Positions 32,494 to 45,199 are shown, numbered from the whole stretch's first letter. The stretch: 63,648 nucleotides of DNA, filler included, from Octopus bimaculoides (GCF_001194135.2; 4 parts of 4 records of this genome joined end to end with filler, not necessarily neighbours in it), one strand, 5' to 3'. Notes: generated by a model not told the origin, from the letters alone. Translations and numbers: made by a program.

Positions 32494-32605
32494 CATCAAG
32501 ACCATTTAGCAAGACATTGTCGAGATCGGACGATGTAGTAAGGTCCGGCCCTAAATCGGGCAAAGAATCCGAAGAGATGTATAACCACCTCTGCGAGTCT
32601 GCCAT
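32494..32605 (-). CDS. First coding exon of a second gene; best guess SREBP (sterol regulatory element-binding protein)-like acidic N-terminus
   Basis: ATG in aaagATGG context with an in-frame TGA 12 nt upstream; strong donor GATG|GTAAGT; 37 codons + 1 nt: MADSQRWLYISSDSLPDLGPDLTTSSDLDNVLLNGLD|G. The end resembles SREBP-1a exon 1 (CDLDAALLTDIE|D, also phase 1). No downstream exon found in the window. Confidence 0.6.
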
Positions 32606-33225
32606 CTTTGTTGTTCAGTGAAGCTTCAACTAACGCCACGAGACGTCAGCCAATCAACACACGTCTTTACCATCGGATGATATTTCGTCATCACAGCTGC
32701 CGCTCTTGTTTCTACCACTGCCCCTGCTGCCGCGGCTCTCTCTCTCTCTCTCTCTCTCTCTTTTTCGCTCTCTCTCATTTTCGCTCTCTTCCTCTCATTT
32801 TCTCTCTCTCTGTCTCACTCTTTTTTCCTCTTCCCTGTTTTATTCGTATATATATTTATATACATTCTTATATATATAACATATATATATAATTTATAAG
32901 TGTGTGATAGAAATAGCTCTAGATATCATTACATATGTGTGTTTATAGCTGTGTATAGTGTATATAAATGTGTGTGACTGTGTGCGCGTGTGAGTGTATA
33001 TATATATGTGTGTGTGTGTGTTAACTCCCACCACACCTTGGAGCTATTGGTAACAACCCGTTAACGACTTGCTATCGTCACTTCCGCTCCGGTTACGTTT
33101 TATCCCGTTGCGCGGGTTTTGTCTCCCGTAAATATTGATTTACTTTGAGCTGACATAAAGCCAATCATATTATACAGTCATGTAGTCAAAGCCAGTTATA
33201 TTATCGGTGCTTATTCCATTGGTAC
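32606..33225 (-). promoter_or_regulatory. Promoter/5' UTR region of the 32605 exon
   Basis: NF-Y box AGCCAATCA at 32648-32656 and 33159-33167; CRE-like TGACGTC at 32642-32648; ETS+CRE composite CGGAAGTGACG at 33076-33086; local CpG enrichment around 33055-33130 against a CpG-poor background. Confidence 0.55.
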
Positions 33226-33990
33226 CAGGCAAATAAAAGACAATGTCATCTCCAGTTAGACTGAATTCCAAACCGAGAGTAGCTAAACTAAATATTAAGT
33301 TATCTAGTGTGATGATGATACAACTGAGATGGAAGTGGTCCTAAACAGGTTCCATTTATGAGTGAACAACTGATGTGAAAGTGAATGAGCCATAGGAACT
33401 GGTAGGCGAGTGAATGACGGGAATAAAACCTGGGTGATGATATTTTTGTGCTATGTGTTTCCTTTGCATCCATAATCAAATTTATGACCCCTAAATCAGA
33501 AACATTGGAGGAAGGGGATTGTTGGTTTTATTGGCCAGAATATGGTTCTGAGGTTAATAAAACAACTTAATTCATCATTTTCCAAAGAGATGACACCCCA
33601 AATAGTTTCCGGTTGGGTATGAAGTTTGAACCGACATACCGCATTCTTGAGCTCAAATCTTTACCGTTTCTGTTATCCATCGAGCCCATTTTAATACTGG
33701 TTTCTAACTTAGATACAAAGCCACATCTTGTGGGAAGACTACACTCGAACAAATCGGTCACAGTGCTTGGCTAATATTTATTTTATTGATTTTAAAAGGC
33801 AAAGTTCACCTTCTGTGGGATTTGAATGTAAAGTAATGTTACTAACTACCATAAGATGTTTTGTCCATCGCTCCAACGTTCGATCGTCGATTACTCATCA
33901 AACATCATAATGAGTAGGCGGATTTAAAATTAAACGGGCGCTATTTAATTTTTCCAATAACAAAAGCAAGCAGTCTATATTTACTTAGAT

Positions 33991-34311
33991 CAGGGCTGGC
34001 CAACCTGAGGCCCGCGGCTCGCAGACTTCTATCTTGCGGCCCGCTTGATACTTTCTTGAAATGGATTTATTTAAACAAACATTTAAAAAAAATTTTCAGA
34101 AATTAAAGATCGTAATGAAAAGTAAAAAAGAAAGATATTACTGTTTTTGCAACGATAATACTTCATGTTGAATCAACGATCACTCATTCATTATTGTAAT
34201 AATAGCATGAGAAAGCAAAACGCTTTCAATTCTGTCAGTATACAAGCGGCCCTCAAAAAAACTTTCTGTGAAAAAAGTGGCCCGCAATGTTATTCGAGTT
34301 GGCCAGGCCTG
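33991..34311. mobile_element. hAT (Charlie-like) MITE, 321 bp
   Basis: TIRs CAGGGCTGGCCAAC / GTTGGCCAGGCCTG (13/14 match), subterminal GCGGCCC repeats; degenerate 8-bp flanks acttagat / ctttagac with central TA. Confidence 0.85.
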
Positions 34312-34989
34312 CTTTAGACCGTTTCATATAATTGGTTTTGTATGAAACCTACGTACGAAGGAAACATCCGACAGTTTGGAATCAGTTATAAGGTGTTATA
34401 AGTTTGTGATGTACTTATAAATCAATTATAAGTGCATTACTTAGATAAGAACACATTACAGACAGAATGAAAGCTGAAGGATACCTGTCGTTAGAACTCA
34501 GGACACATAAAAACTTTATCACTGTGGACGAAATCTTGCAGAGTGCTTTGATTGTATGTCAGTCGTAAAGCATTCTGGAAAAAGTATATGTAACATCAGA
34601 ACTGATATAATAAGGAGCAAACGTATCTAATAGCAAAACGCAACCAAATGCTGGCTATCCTTCCCACAAAGATCAAAAGAGTCGAATCCGACAGTGGGTG
34701 CACACAAACGTTTTCATAACGTTTGAACCGACATACCACATTCAAAATGAGAATGGAACTAGATGAGAATAATTATTGAAGTGTTCATAAAAACACTATA
34801 ATGGTTACAGATTCAGTAATTATTACCGTTGTAAGGAAAACAGATTAATTAGGTTGTGTACATGATAGACATAGCTAAGCACTAATTCATAAAATATATT
34901 TTCTGTGTCAACTGTTTTAACCAGGTAAAATGGTGAGATAAATAGAAAATATTATATCAAACTAGACAACACAAGTGGGAGTATAAATT

Positions 34990-35385
34990 TTGGTTTCAGA
35001 TTTTGGTACACAGCCAGTAATTTCAGGAGAGTAGGGAAAGTCAATTCCAGTGCTCAATTAAGGTGAAAGCCAAAGTGGGATTTGAACTCAGAACATAAAG
35101 TCAGACTAAATGCTACTGAGTATTTTGCGTGGCATGCTAACAATTTTGCCAGCTCGCTGCCTTAGGAAATATAGATATTTGTTTCAAATTTTGGCACAAG
35201 GCCAGCAATTTTGAGGAAGGGGATAAGTCAATTGCAGCTACCCCAGTGCTCAACTGGTACTTATTTTATCGATCCCAAAAGGATGGAAGGCTAGGTTGAC
35301 CTTAGCAGAATTTGAACTCAGAATGCAAAAATGGATGAAATGCCACTAAGCATTTTGCCTGGCATGCTAATGATTCTGCTAGTTT
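34990..35385 (-). mobile_element. Two tandem family A SINEs
   Basis: Copies at about 34990-35160 and 35178-35385. Confidence 0.75.
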
Positions 35386-36082
35386 GCCTTCTTCAAGAAC
35401 ACAACGCTTTGCCTGGTTCAGGAATCAAACACAAGTCCTTATAATCATGATCCCAACACCATACTCTCTTGGCTACACATGTTCATGTAAGAAGTATAAA
35501 TTTTACTTAACTAGTGTGCTGCTGTTTTTTGTTGGGTATCTAGGACCACATTATCTAATTTGCATTTTCTGTTTCTCAAGACTGGTTTTGAGATGAAATT
35601 TTGCTGCTATTTTTACATATTGAATAACCACATTGTGAAGGCTGGTGTTTCAGATCAGACTGTCAATAAGTCATGTATGTTAAGTTACATGACAGGCAGT
35701 ATCTTGTCAGTCATCTAGTCCCACTTCTGATAAACTGGTGCTTTAAAAAAAAATCTCAAAGGTTAGTTACTTAGGGGCACCATTCACCTGAAAGACAATA
35801 GTGAAATTAATGTTAACATATTTAATGTGGTAAGTGCAAAAAATCTAATGAAAATGTGTATGATGAGAAAAGGATATTTGCTAAATTTTCACAATGATTA
35901 AAATAATATTAATCATTGAGATAATGTCTTTTTCCTTACTAATTAGATTTGTAATGCTCCTTATATTAAATATAATTAACACTTTCTATAAATAGTTACC
36001 ATTGGAAAATATAAAGCCAGTCAATTGGCATAGCCATTAGAACATCAAATAGAATTCATTGTAATATATGTTGAGGCTTTAA

Positions 36083-36290
36083 GGCAGCGAGCTGGCAGAA
36101 TCGTTAGCATGCCGGGCAAAATGCTTAGCAGTATTTTGTCTGCCTTTACGTTCTGAGTTCAAATTCAGCCGAGGTTGACTTTGCCTTTCAACCTACCAGG
36201 GTCAATAAGTTAAGTACCAGTTGTATACTGGGGTCGATCTAATCGATTGGCCCTTCCCCGAAAATTTCAGACCTTGTGCCTAGAGTAGAA
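36083..36290 (+). mobile_element. Full-length family A SINE
   Basis: aaggcagcgagctggcagaatcgttagc..ctgagttcaaattcagccgaggttgactttgcctttca..cttgtgcctagagtagaaa. Confidence 0.85.
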
Positions 36291-37119
36291 AAGAATATTT
36301 GTTGGGGCCCTGTGTTGTGAGTAAAAATCCTGCCATGGTCAACTTTACCATTCATCCCTTCTGCAGTCAATAAAGTGCTAGTACACCTCTCTCTCACCTG
36401 CTGACAGATCCTGGTTGTTCTGTGAGGTCAAAAGTGGGAGAATCAAGAGGAAATGTGTCTGCTCACAATTCCATTGACACCCAATACCATTAACAAACAC
36501 ATGCCACTTGCTTATATTAAGTCATCGACAATGAGCAACTGCCGTAAAAAGTTTGCTTCCCAACCACTTGGTTCCGGGTTCAGTCCCACTGCATAGTACC
36601 TTAGGTTCCAGTTTGCACCAGGTTCCAGTCCATTTTGGTTTGGTTTCTACAGCTAGATGCCCTTCCTAACACCAACCACTTTATAGACTGTACCAAGTGC
36701 TTTTTATGTGGCATCAGTATCTGTGTTTTTCACATGGCACCATGGTTTTAGGATACTAATTCTGTTGTGGAGGATGAGTGTTCTTGAGTACAGCAACACA
36801 CCATATATCTTGGCTATATAAGATATTCAGAGGATGAGGGACAATGCAAAATGATCTTCAGAGATTGCTGAGATTGATGTTGTTTGAGCATCTGTTGGAA
36901 AAATAGTTGAAGAAAGTGTTTATTGTAGGATCTTCAAGATTAACGTGATGGAAAGAGACGTGGGTGAGCTTAGGTGAAGGAAATATTTAAATAGACACAC
37001 GTACACACACACACACACATAAACATACATACATATATACATGAACAAAATATTGGACTGACTCCTGTGCAGGTGGCACATAAAAAATACCATTTGAGCG
37101 TGGCCATTGCCAGTACTGC

Positions 37120-37320
37120 TGGACTGGCCCTTGTGCCGGTGGCAAGTAAAAAGCACCCACTACACTCTCGGAGTGGTTAGCATAAAAAAGGGCATCCAGC
37201 TGTAGAAACTGCCAGATCAGATTGGAGTGTGGTGTAGCCATTTGGTTCACCAGTCCCCAGTCAAATCGCCCAACCCATGCTAGCATGGAAAGTGGACGTT
37301 AAATGATGATGATGATACAT
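37120..37320 (+). mobile_element. Short retroposon copy of the RTE-type 3' tail
   Basis: Same motif set as 26981-27150; ends in (GAT)n. Confidence 0.8.
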
Positions 37321-37329
37321 ACATACATA

Positions 37330-37690
37330 CATGATGGTCTAACTGTGGATATGTTAACTACCTTGTGGTTTTTGTGCTGGAGATAAAAGGTTTTCTTCAG
37401 GATGTCAAAAAATGTTTTTGGAATGTCATTTTTAATTAGCATTGAGAATGGAGAATTATACCAAGTTACATTATGTTTCCTAGACCTTATCTTATTGTTT
37501 TCAGTGATATTCAGGTGATGGTTATCCGAGATACAGTCGTTGTTTTTGTAATTAATATTGGTTTCCATAGGGTGTATATTTACATTGATACAATTTATAT
37601 AATCCAAATGGTTCATTCTGGAGTTGGACATTTCCCTTTGACTGGTGGTGTTTGACATTGGTATTATTAGTTTTTCTGTTATGATTACTG
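37330..37690 (-). mobile_element. Penelope-like element relic (RT-to-endonuclease linker)
   Basis: RKHNVTWYNSPFSMLIKNDIPKTFFDILKKTF..HKVVNISTV resembles the PLE motif RKRKIIWFNPPFS..FL..HF..HKIFNRNTV (recall). Confidence 0.65.
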
Positions 37691-37859
37691 GTTAAGTCTG
37701 TTCTGAAACTAACTATTCCTTGTGGGTTAGTTACAGTGTTTGTTCCTTTTCTATGGTCCTTCCTATCTAGAGTCTCACCCATTATATTATTCTTATCAAG
37801 GTGGCAAGCAGGCAGAAACTTTAGCACGCCAGACGAAATGCTGGATAGACAGTGTATGC

Positions 37860-38301
37860 AATAGAAGGCCGTATGTGTTTCAGTAAGACTCTGCACTATC
37901 ACACATGGCTCTAGTAACAGGAATGGATGGCTGAAAATTTTTATGATCACATAACCCCTAACATTTGGCTTCCTAATTCCCCAGATCTCAATCCATTGGA
38001 CTATCACATGTGGAGCGTTGTTGAGAGAGAGGTCAATGAACATGCCCATAACATCAAAGATTCTTTGAAAGCTACCATAGTCAGAGTAATGTTCAAAATG
38101 AACCAGGACCACTTGATTCGAGTATGTAGATGGTTTAGATCTCATATAGAAGCAGTTGTTGAAGCTGAAGGTGGCTTTATTGGATAACATTATAGAAAAG
38201 AAGGTTCATTTTTATCTGCACAGCATTTTTTGATAAATAAAGTTACTATCTGTTTTCTTTATAAACATAAATCTGTCCTCAAATATCTTATACACCCTGT
38301 A
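37860..38301 (+). mobile_element. Tc1/mariner (probably DD37D/maT-like) transposase 3' relic with right TIR
   Basis: RPYVFQ*DSA, WLPNSPDLNPLDYHMWSVVE; ends ..tacaccctg|ta. Confidence 0.85.
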
Positions 38302-38324
38302 TATATATCCTTTGTACTGTAGGC

Positions 38325-38700
38325 ACAAGGCCTGTAATTTGGTGGGAAGGGCCAATCGATTACATTAATCTTAGTACTTGATTGGTATTTATTTCATTGA
38401 CCGCTGAAAGGATGAAAGGTAAGGTTAACCTTGGTGACATTTGAACTCAGAATGTAAAGACATGAAATGGTACAAAGCATTTTGCCTGGTGTGCTAAGGA
38501 TTTTGCCAGCTTGCCTTTATATACATACACACACACACACACACAACATCACAACATTTCTGTCTACCAAATCTACTCATAAAGCTTTAATTGGTATGGG
38601 GCTATAGTAGAAGACACTTGCCCAAGGTGCCAGACTGTGAGAGTAAACCTGAAAGCCATGTGGTTGGGAAGCAAATTTCTCAACCACACACCTACAGCTG
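38325..38700 (-). mobile_element. Family A SINE (38325-38515) and family C SINE head (38565-38700)
   Basis: Motifs as in other copies. Confidence 0.7.
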
Positions 38701-39769
38701 CACTTATATGTTGAAACTGTTAATTATCCTGCATCTGTATGCTGAAGGTATTATCTTGAATATTGAAACTATTAACTGACCTCAACCCAAATGATGTTAA
38801 TTTGGTCTTAATCAGAAAATGAGAACATATTGAAAGAAACTGCTGATTGGAAGGGACACAAAAACAGCCTTCCCTAAAGACATATCAATGAACTCTAGAC
38901 AGACAGTGCCAGCAACGATATCTGGTGTTTAGGAAAACTTCCCAACCAACCAACCAACCAGATAAACTGCAGTAATAGTTAAAAGTTATTTATTGTAGAA
39001 TGAATAAAGTTCAGTTAATAGAATACCTTCCAAAACATTGATTTAATTATATGTTATATTCTTCTGAAGCAGTATCACAATGCAGATACATTGCGAAGGA
39101 CAAATTAACTACAGTATTTGTCCAGTGATAATATCCCTTAAGGATGCATTGTTTAAAAACACCAAAATATATCAGTAGCAGATGAAAACCATTCAACCAG
39201 ACAGTTAAAAGCAACACCATTGATTTTTCAGTCACTGTTTTTCTATATGAGTAGTAATGAATTATGTCATAGCATGTGGCACTGGCAGTGGATACATGCT
39301 GCTGACAAAGCCTGAGGTAGAAATACTTGTCTAACATTATCACTGTCCACACTGGACAATTTTCATCTACAACTGATATATTTTTGTTTTTAAACCATAA
39401 GGGACATTACCCTGGATGAATACTGCATTTAATTTGCATTTTTATTATGATGTTACAAACATGGCTATTGTTATAATTAGTCAGAATGTCTCTAAAATAG
39501 ACAGGTCATTGTGTTGTACCTGTGGCACTTAACATCATGTATCAATTTCACTGATGGGATTTAAGAGGAACGAAAAAGTTTAATGGTTTGGAGTAGGGAG
39601 AGCATCCAGTTCCAATACAAATGCATTAACAAGGCTTCTTGTCCATACAAGCATTAAAAAACACGTGCAAATTGAAAGGTGCTGCCAGTAAGGTGAAAGT
39701 TAGTCAAGTGTACAGTGATGAATTTAATGTATAGGTAGACGTTCACCAACCCTCAATTCTCAGTCCCCT

Positions 39770-41625
39770 CTTATTCATCACTGTCCTTCACACCATAACA
39801 GAGTAATTTAAGATCAACTGTCATTGGGAACTACTATATGCTGATGATCTTACTCTTGGAGCAAAATCTGTAACACAATTAGAAAAGAAATTGCAGGTGT
39901 GGAAGCAAAACCTAGAATCTAAAGATCTTAATATTAACTTAGCAAAGAGTAAGGTTCTAGTAAGCAAGAAAACAGACAGGACACTACCCACCTTAGATAA
40001 ATGGCTTGATTGATATATAGGAAAGGTGTAGTTAGTAATCCCATACACTGTACCTAGTGCAAGCTATGGACACACACGAGGTGCAGTGGAATTGCAGGAA
40101 GGTTAATGGAGAGAGCAGTCTTTGTTTGTGGAAGATGCACAATTGCCATAAAGTCTGTGGTCACATGAGAAATTGATTTTCTCAAATGTTCTGGAGGTAC
40201 TAGATTGCTTCTGTTATCTACATGACCTAATTAGCAGTGGAGGATGTTCTGAAAGTGTAGTCACTAGAATAAGAGTAGGATAAAGTTCTGAGCTATAGCA
40301 TCTGTAGGTAACAAAAGGTCCCTCTCTACAAGTGAAAGGCAGATTGTATGATGCTTGTGTATGTACAGTGATGCTACATGGTAATGAGACATGGACGCTG
40401 AACACAGAAGACATGCAAAGACTTGAGAGGAATGGAAAAAATATGCTCTACTGGATGTGCAATACTCTTGGAGTGGTTGGCGTTAGGAAGGGCATCCAGC
40501 TGTAGAAACTCTGCCAAATCAGATTGGAGCTTGGTGCAGCCATCTGGTTCGCCAGTCCTCAGTCAAATCGTCCAACCACCCATGCTAGCATGGAAAGCGG
40601 ACGTTAAACAATGATGATGATGATGTATGTCAAAGTGCAAATGCATTGAAAGAAAAATTAGGTATTAGAGGAATCAGATGTAGCATACAAGAGAGAAGAT
40701 TGCATTGGTTTGATTATGAATATGGATGAGGGCAGTTGCATAAAGAAGTGCCAGTCACTTGAAGTGGAGGGAAGTTATAGAAATGGGAGACCCAGGAAGA
40801 CATAGGATGAAGTATTGAAGGCTGATCTCAAGATGTTGAGTCCTAAAGAGATGACAAAGGACTGGCATCTTGCTGTGCTCAAGAAGCCCTGCCCATCACA
40901 GCAAAAATGATATCATCCTATAACCCACATATGCTTGTATGTTTGAAGCTGTGTCCCCACTCTTTCCCTGACATGTCAAACATACCTTCTCCACCCATAC
41001 AATTGCCTCCTGTCACTGCCCTTTTAGCCATTACACACCATTCTACCCTGCTGTCATTCTCAATATCTTCCTTTATCTACCACCATAACTCACCTACTGT
41101 AAGCCCCTTATATATCCCAGCCTCTCCCTCTCCACAGCTCTTACACCTTGTTCTACTACTTTCCAGAATCACTCCAATATTTATCAACTCACACCATTGT
41201 TTTTCACTCACTACTGTTTATTCGCCTCACACTTATAAAAGTATTCACTCATCCCCTTTCATGCTCCTTGTTAAGTTTGCTCTAGTACCCCATCACTACC
41301 TTCTTATTACCTTCTCTATAGGAAGACACCTGTTCTTATCCCTCAATCATACTTTAACCTTTCACCCTCTGGCATACAGCCACTCATCTCCACTTTCCCC
41401 TCCCAAATACTTAGTAGTAGGAGCCTTTTCCTCGTCTTGAAAATTACAAGACAGCCTCACTAGGATTAGTGGCACACGTAAGGCACCCAGTACAATCTGT
41501 GAAGTGGTTGGTCTCAGGAAGGGCATACAGCTGTAAAATCCATGCCAAAGATGACAATGAAACTCACCAGTTCCATCAAACCATTCTACCTATGCCAGCA
41601 TGGAAAGCAGACATCAAATGATTAT
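39770..41625 (+). mobile_element. 5'-truncated, decayed RTE-clade LINE (RT C-terminus, Cys/His finger, 3' UTR) with a nested insertion at 40463-40625
   Basis: WELLYADDLTL..KKLQVWKQNLESKDLNINLAKSKV (RT YADD); HCT*CKLWTHTRCSGI..FVCGRC; KGRLYDACV..MLHGNETW; LKEKLGIRGIRCSIQERRLHWF; ends in the ggaagggcat..catgccagcatggaaagc tail. Confidence 0.85.
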
Positions 41626-42194
41626 ATCCATGTAATTTCAAAGTTCTTAGAAGTTGAGCATTAATGGTCACTGAGTGAAAATTCGTTGATTTTTCAGTTG
41701 TAATGCTTACAAGTTAGAAGAAAGAAAAACTTTGGAAACAACAGCATCGCAAACGGCTGCAGCCTTAGAGAGAATTAGGGAGGTCTAGTAGAGTGTCTGA
41801 TGTGACACACTAATAAGTTCAGAAAGGCAGCAATTAATGTAATAGTGGTGGTAGAAGTGCACTGGTGAGGGTTAATCAGGCTAGAGGTCATTTACTTTTA
41901 ATATTGCTTACATAGTGTTTTGTCTTATAAGCGTCAGCAACAATTTAAGGTAGCTGAAGTATCTTCAAACATGGTACCTGTTCAGACATCAAGTATTTGA
42001 AGGCAGCATGGCTTTACCTATGGTGATGAATAATAGGAAACATGAGATGTGTTCTTTGTTCACCATCATTCAATATCTTTTTCCATGCTGGCATGGGTAT
42101 ATTTCTGTGGCACCAGCACAAGTGAGGTCACCCATTTTGTGTATGTGCATATATTCAATTTACATACATTCATAATAAACATTGTGCAACACAT

Positions 42195-42256
42195 GAAGAA
42201 AAAAAAAAAAAAACAACATCAGAAACAATATAACATTGTAAGACATTTATTTTATT
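42195..42256 (-). terminator. Probable polyadenylation site of the p62 transcript (3' UTR about 1.1 kb)
   Basis: Two overlapping AATAAA hexamers on the minus strand (42246-42251, 42251-42256), followed by a GT/T-rich tract (gttatattgtttctgatgttgtttttttt). Confidence 0.5.
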
Positions 42257-43241
42257 GAATAAATACAGAAATTACAGTGAAATGATCTCATCATTACAGA
42301 CTACTACAATACAATAGATTATAAACAGATACTTGTCTGTGTTAAAACTTCTTAGAGGATTATATATATTTACTAAATATAAGCAAAACCGAGGAAAAAA
42401 AAAAGAGAAAAAAAAAAGCTAAGTTTTTAAGAACTAATTTTATTTAGATTAAGAGTAGAAAATTGTCATCCATACACACACATATATATAAATAAAACAG
42501 AAATTCAGAAGTCCCTTTAGCATTTAAATGGCAAATAGCGCTTTTTTGTTACAATTTTGTTGTGTGCGTGTGTATATATACATACGCATATGTGTGTAAA
42601 GAAAACAGTCATTATGAATAGAAGACAATATTCATGGATTCAGAACTGATTCAACATAATCTTGTTCACTGATCTGAGTATACTTTGTACTGCCTTGGGC
42701 AGCTGCCCTGACAGATAGAATAAATGATGATAGCTATCCTGTAATCTCAACTATGGTAGTAAACAGAGTGAATGGTGTTTGGGAGAAGGTGTTAAACGAA
42801 TGCAGTGGGTAGTCAGGTGGAGACTATAGAGAATAGGTGGAATTTGTGAAGTATATAGAAATGAGGTAACAGGACCTAAATTAAGAAGTTCAAGAGACTT
42901 CAGTGTCAGCTGATTTAATGCTGCAGAGACTCTTGAATCACTTTGTGAGTGTGTGTCCCCATTATATATATATATATATATCATTTAATGTCTGTTTTCC
43001 ATGCTGGCATGGGTTGGACAGTTATATGTAGTGACAAGACTGATGTGAACTAATAACTACTTAACACAGTCAGGTTCTGCTGATGGTATAGAAACAAGAA
43101 TTAGAAAACTATACAAACTACAATACATAAAAATTCATAGTGAATAAAAATAGTAACAAATTTAAATTCAATAAGATAAAGTAAGGCTATAATATACTGT
43201 TTAGACTATCTGAAATAATATCTGTCCATGAATAACTTAAG

Positions 43242-43280
<39 letters not shown>

Positions 43281-43373
43281 CAAATTATTTACTTAGCAAT
43301 TGATATACTTTCATGTACATGACAAAAGAATTAAATGAATAATATAGAAGTGTGAGTTGCAATAGGATGAAGA

Positions 43374-43661
<288 letters not shown>

Positions 43662-44409
43662 TCAAATATAACAGCACCAGAATATTTAAAAAGAGCTGAT
43701 CTCAATTATCAGATGGACTACAAAATGTTACGATTATCCATTTCCAGCTACCTAATAACATCACCACAAACCTGCATTCAGATTACTCTGTCAAATGTAA
43801 GGTTAATTTATTCTCATTGTTTTTTAATTAATCATGCATTATCTTGTAGCTTCGAGATTTCAGAGATGTGACTTTATTTTTAATACGACATTGTAGGATA
43901 GGTGTGAGAGGCCATATCAGGCCAGTTTAAATGTTAAAGGGCCAAACACCCACAAATTTATCATTATTATTAGAACTGCATTACAGAAAACCAAGTATTT
44001 TGATTAATCCATACTAAAATTCCAACCAATATATAAACATCTAATTCCTTTAGTAGCCATCATTTGGTTCTTGTCTTGTGCAAACAAACTGCATTTAATA
44101 TAAAAACTTTATTCTGCCAGAATGAAACTAAGTAAAGTGTAAATTATAATAAATCTAATAAATATTTGATACAAATAAAAATTAGTTAAAGTACAACATG
44201 TAGCCTACAGCTTTTCAAAACCAACACAGAGAAAGTAAAATTTTGATGCTGTTGATATTTGCTGTAAATGTGACATCAAAAACGAGTGGAAAGACATTTC
44301 AGAAGTAAATTAAAAGATCTAATTCAAGTTTACAGATGTAAAAAAAAAAAAAGAAAAAGAAAAGAAAGTCATAAAACAAAACTAGATTTCATGTAGCTTT
44401 AATCCTTAC

Positions 44410-44533
44410 CTGATGGATAATACAAAGAGTTATCTTGTTTGATGTTTTCACTGACCATCTCATAAGGTGCAGATTTGCGGCTTTCAGGAGATAGATCATT
44501 CTTAGGTGAAAGAACAGTCCAACCATCAGCACA
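44410..44533 (-). CDS. SQSTM1: Sequestosome-1/p62 exon carrying the LC3/Atg8-interacting region (LIR)
   Basis: Acceptor ttttatgttcttttag, donor TCAG|GTAAGG; 124 nt, phase 0-1, exactly bridging the neighbouring exons. Reads CADGWTVLSPKNDLSPESRKSAPYEMVSENIKQDNSLYYPS(D); DGWTVL matches W-x-x-L (vertebrate DDWTHL). Confidence 0.92.
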
Positions 44534-45199
44534 CTAAAAGAACATAAAATAAAAGCAATCATTACAATTTTATCATCATCATTTAATGTCTGCCACACAC
44601 ATACAAACATCTGTATTTTGTGAAGCAAGTTTAGAAGGATGAGTTGGTACTGACAATTGTTAGTAGTTTACAAAGAGATTAAAGCATTCCAAAAATTTGG
44701 TCTGTTATGTTAACCAGCTTAACAGTTAATATATTATTGCGGGTTAATCTTCTAATATTTTATGTCCATTTCCCCATGCTGGCATCGTCTGAATGGGTTG
44801 TCACAGTCTGCATCATCTTTCATCCACAGCAACACAAAATCTACCAACATTTATGAATATCTACATTGCAGACCAACTGCATTTATCTTGCCACAAGTAC
44901 TAAAGAAGTTCTCTATCCTACACCAGTTATCTGGGTCTACTATCCTCCTAGACAGGCAGCTTTGTACAGTAGTTTTAAATTTTAATTCCTGATTATGTCT
45001 ATGTGCAAAAGCAGAAAAATCACTTATTAAAACAGAAGAGGCTCAATTTTTTTTTTTTTAAATAGGAAATGATAGAAATAAATAAGGTCTCAAAAGAAAA
45101 CAAGGGTTATAGAAATAGTTGTAGCAGACTAAACAACTACCCTCTTCATTGGTTTGCATGGATAAACAAAAAAATTAAGAAAACTTTAAAAAAACCTAC

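Noticed and set aside
40907-41440. 177-aa plus-strand ORF
   Set aside because: Pyrimidine-rich 3' UTR of the RTE relic; low-complexity S/P/L/H product with no domain.
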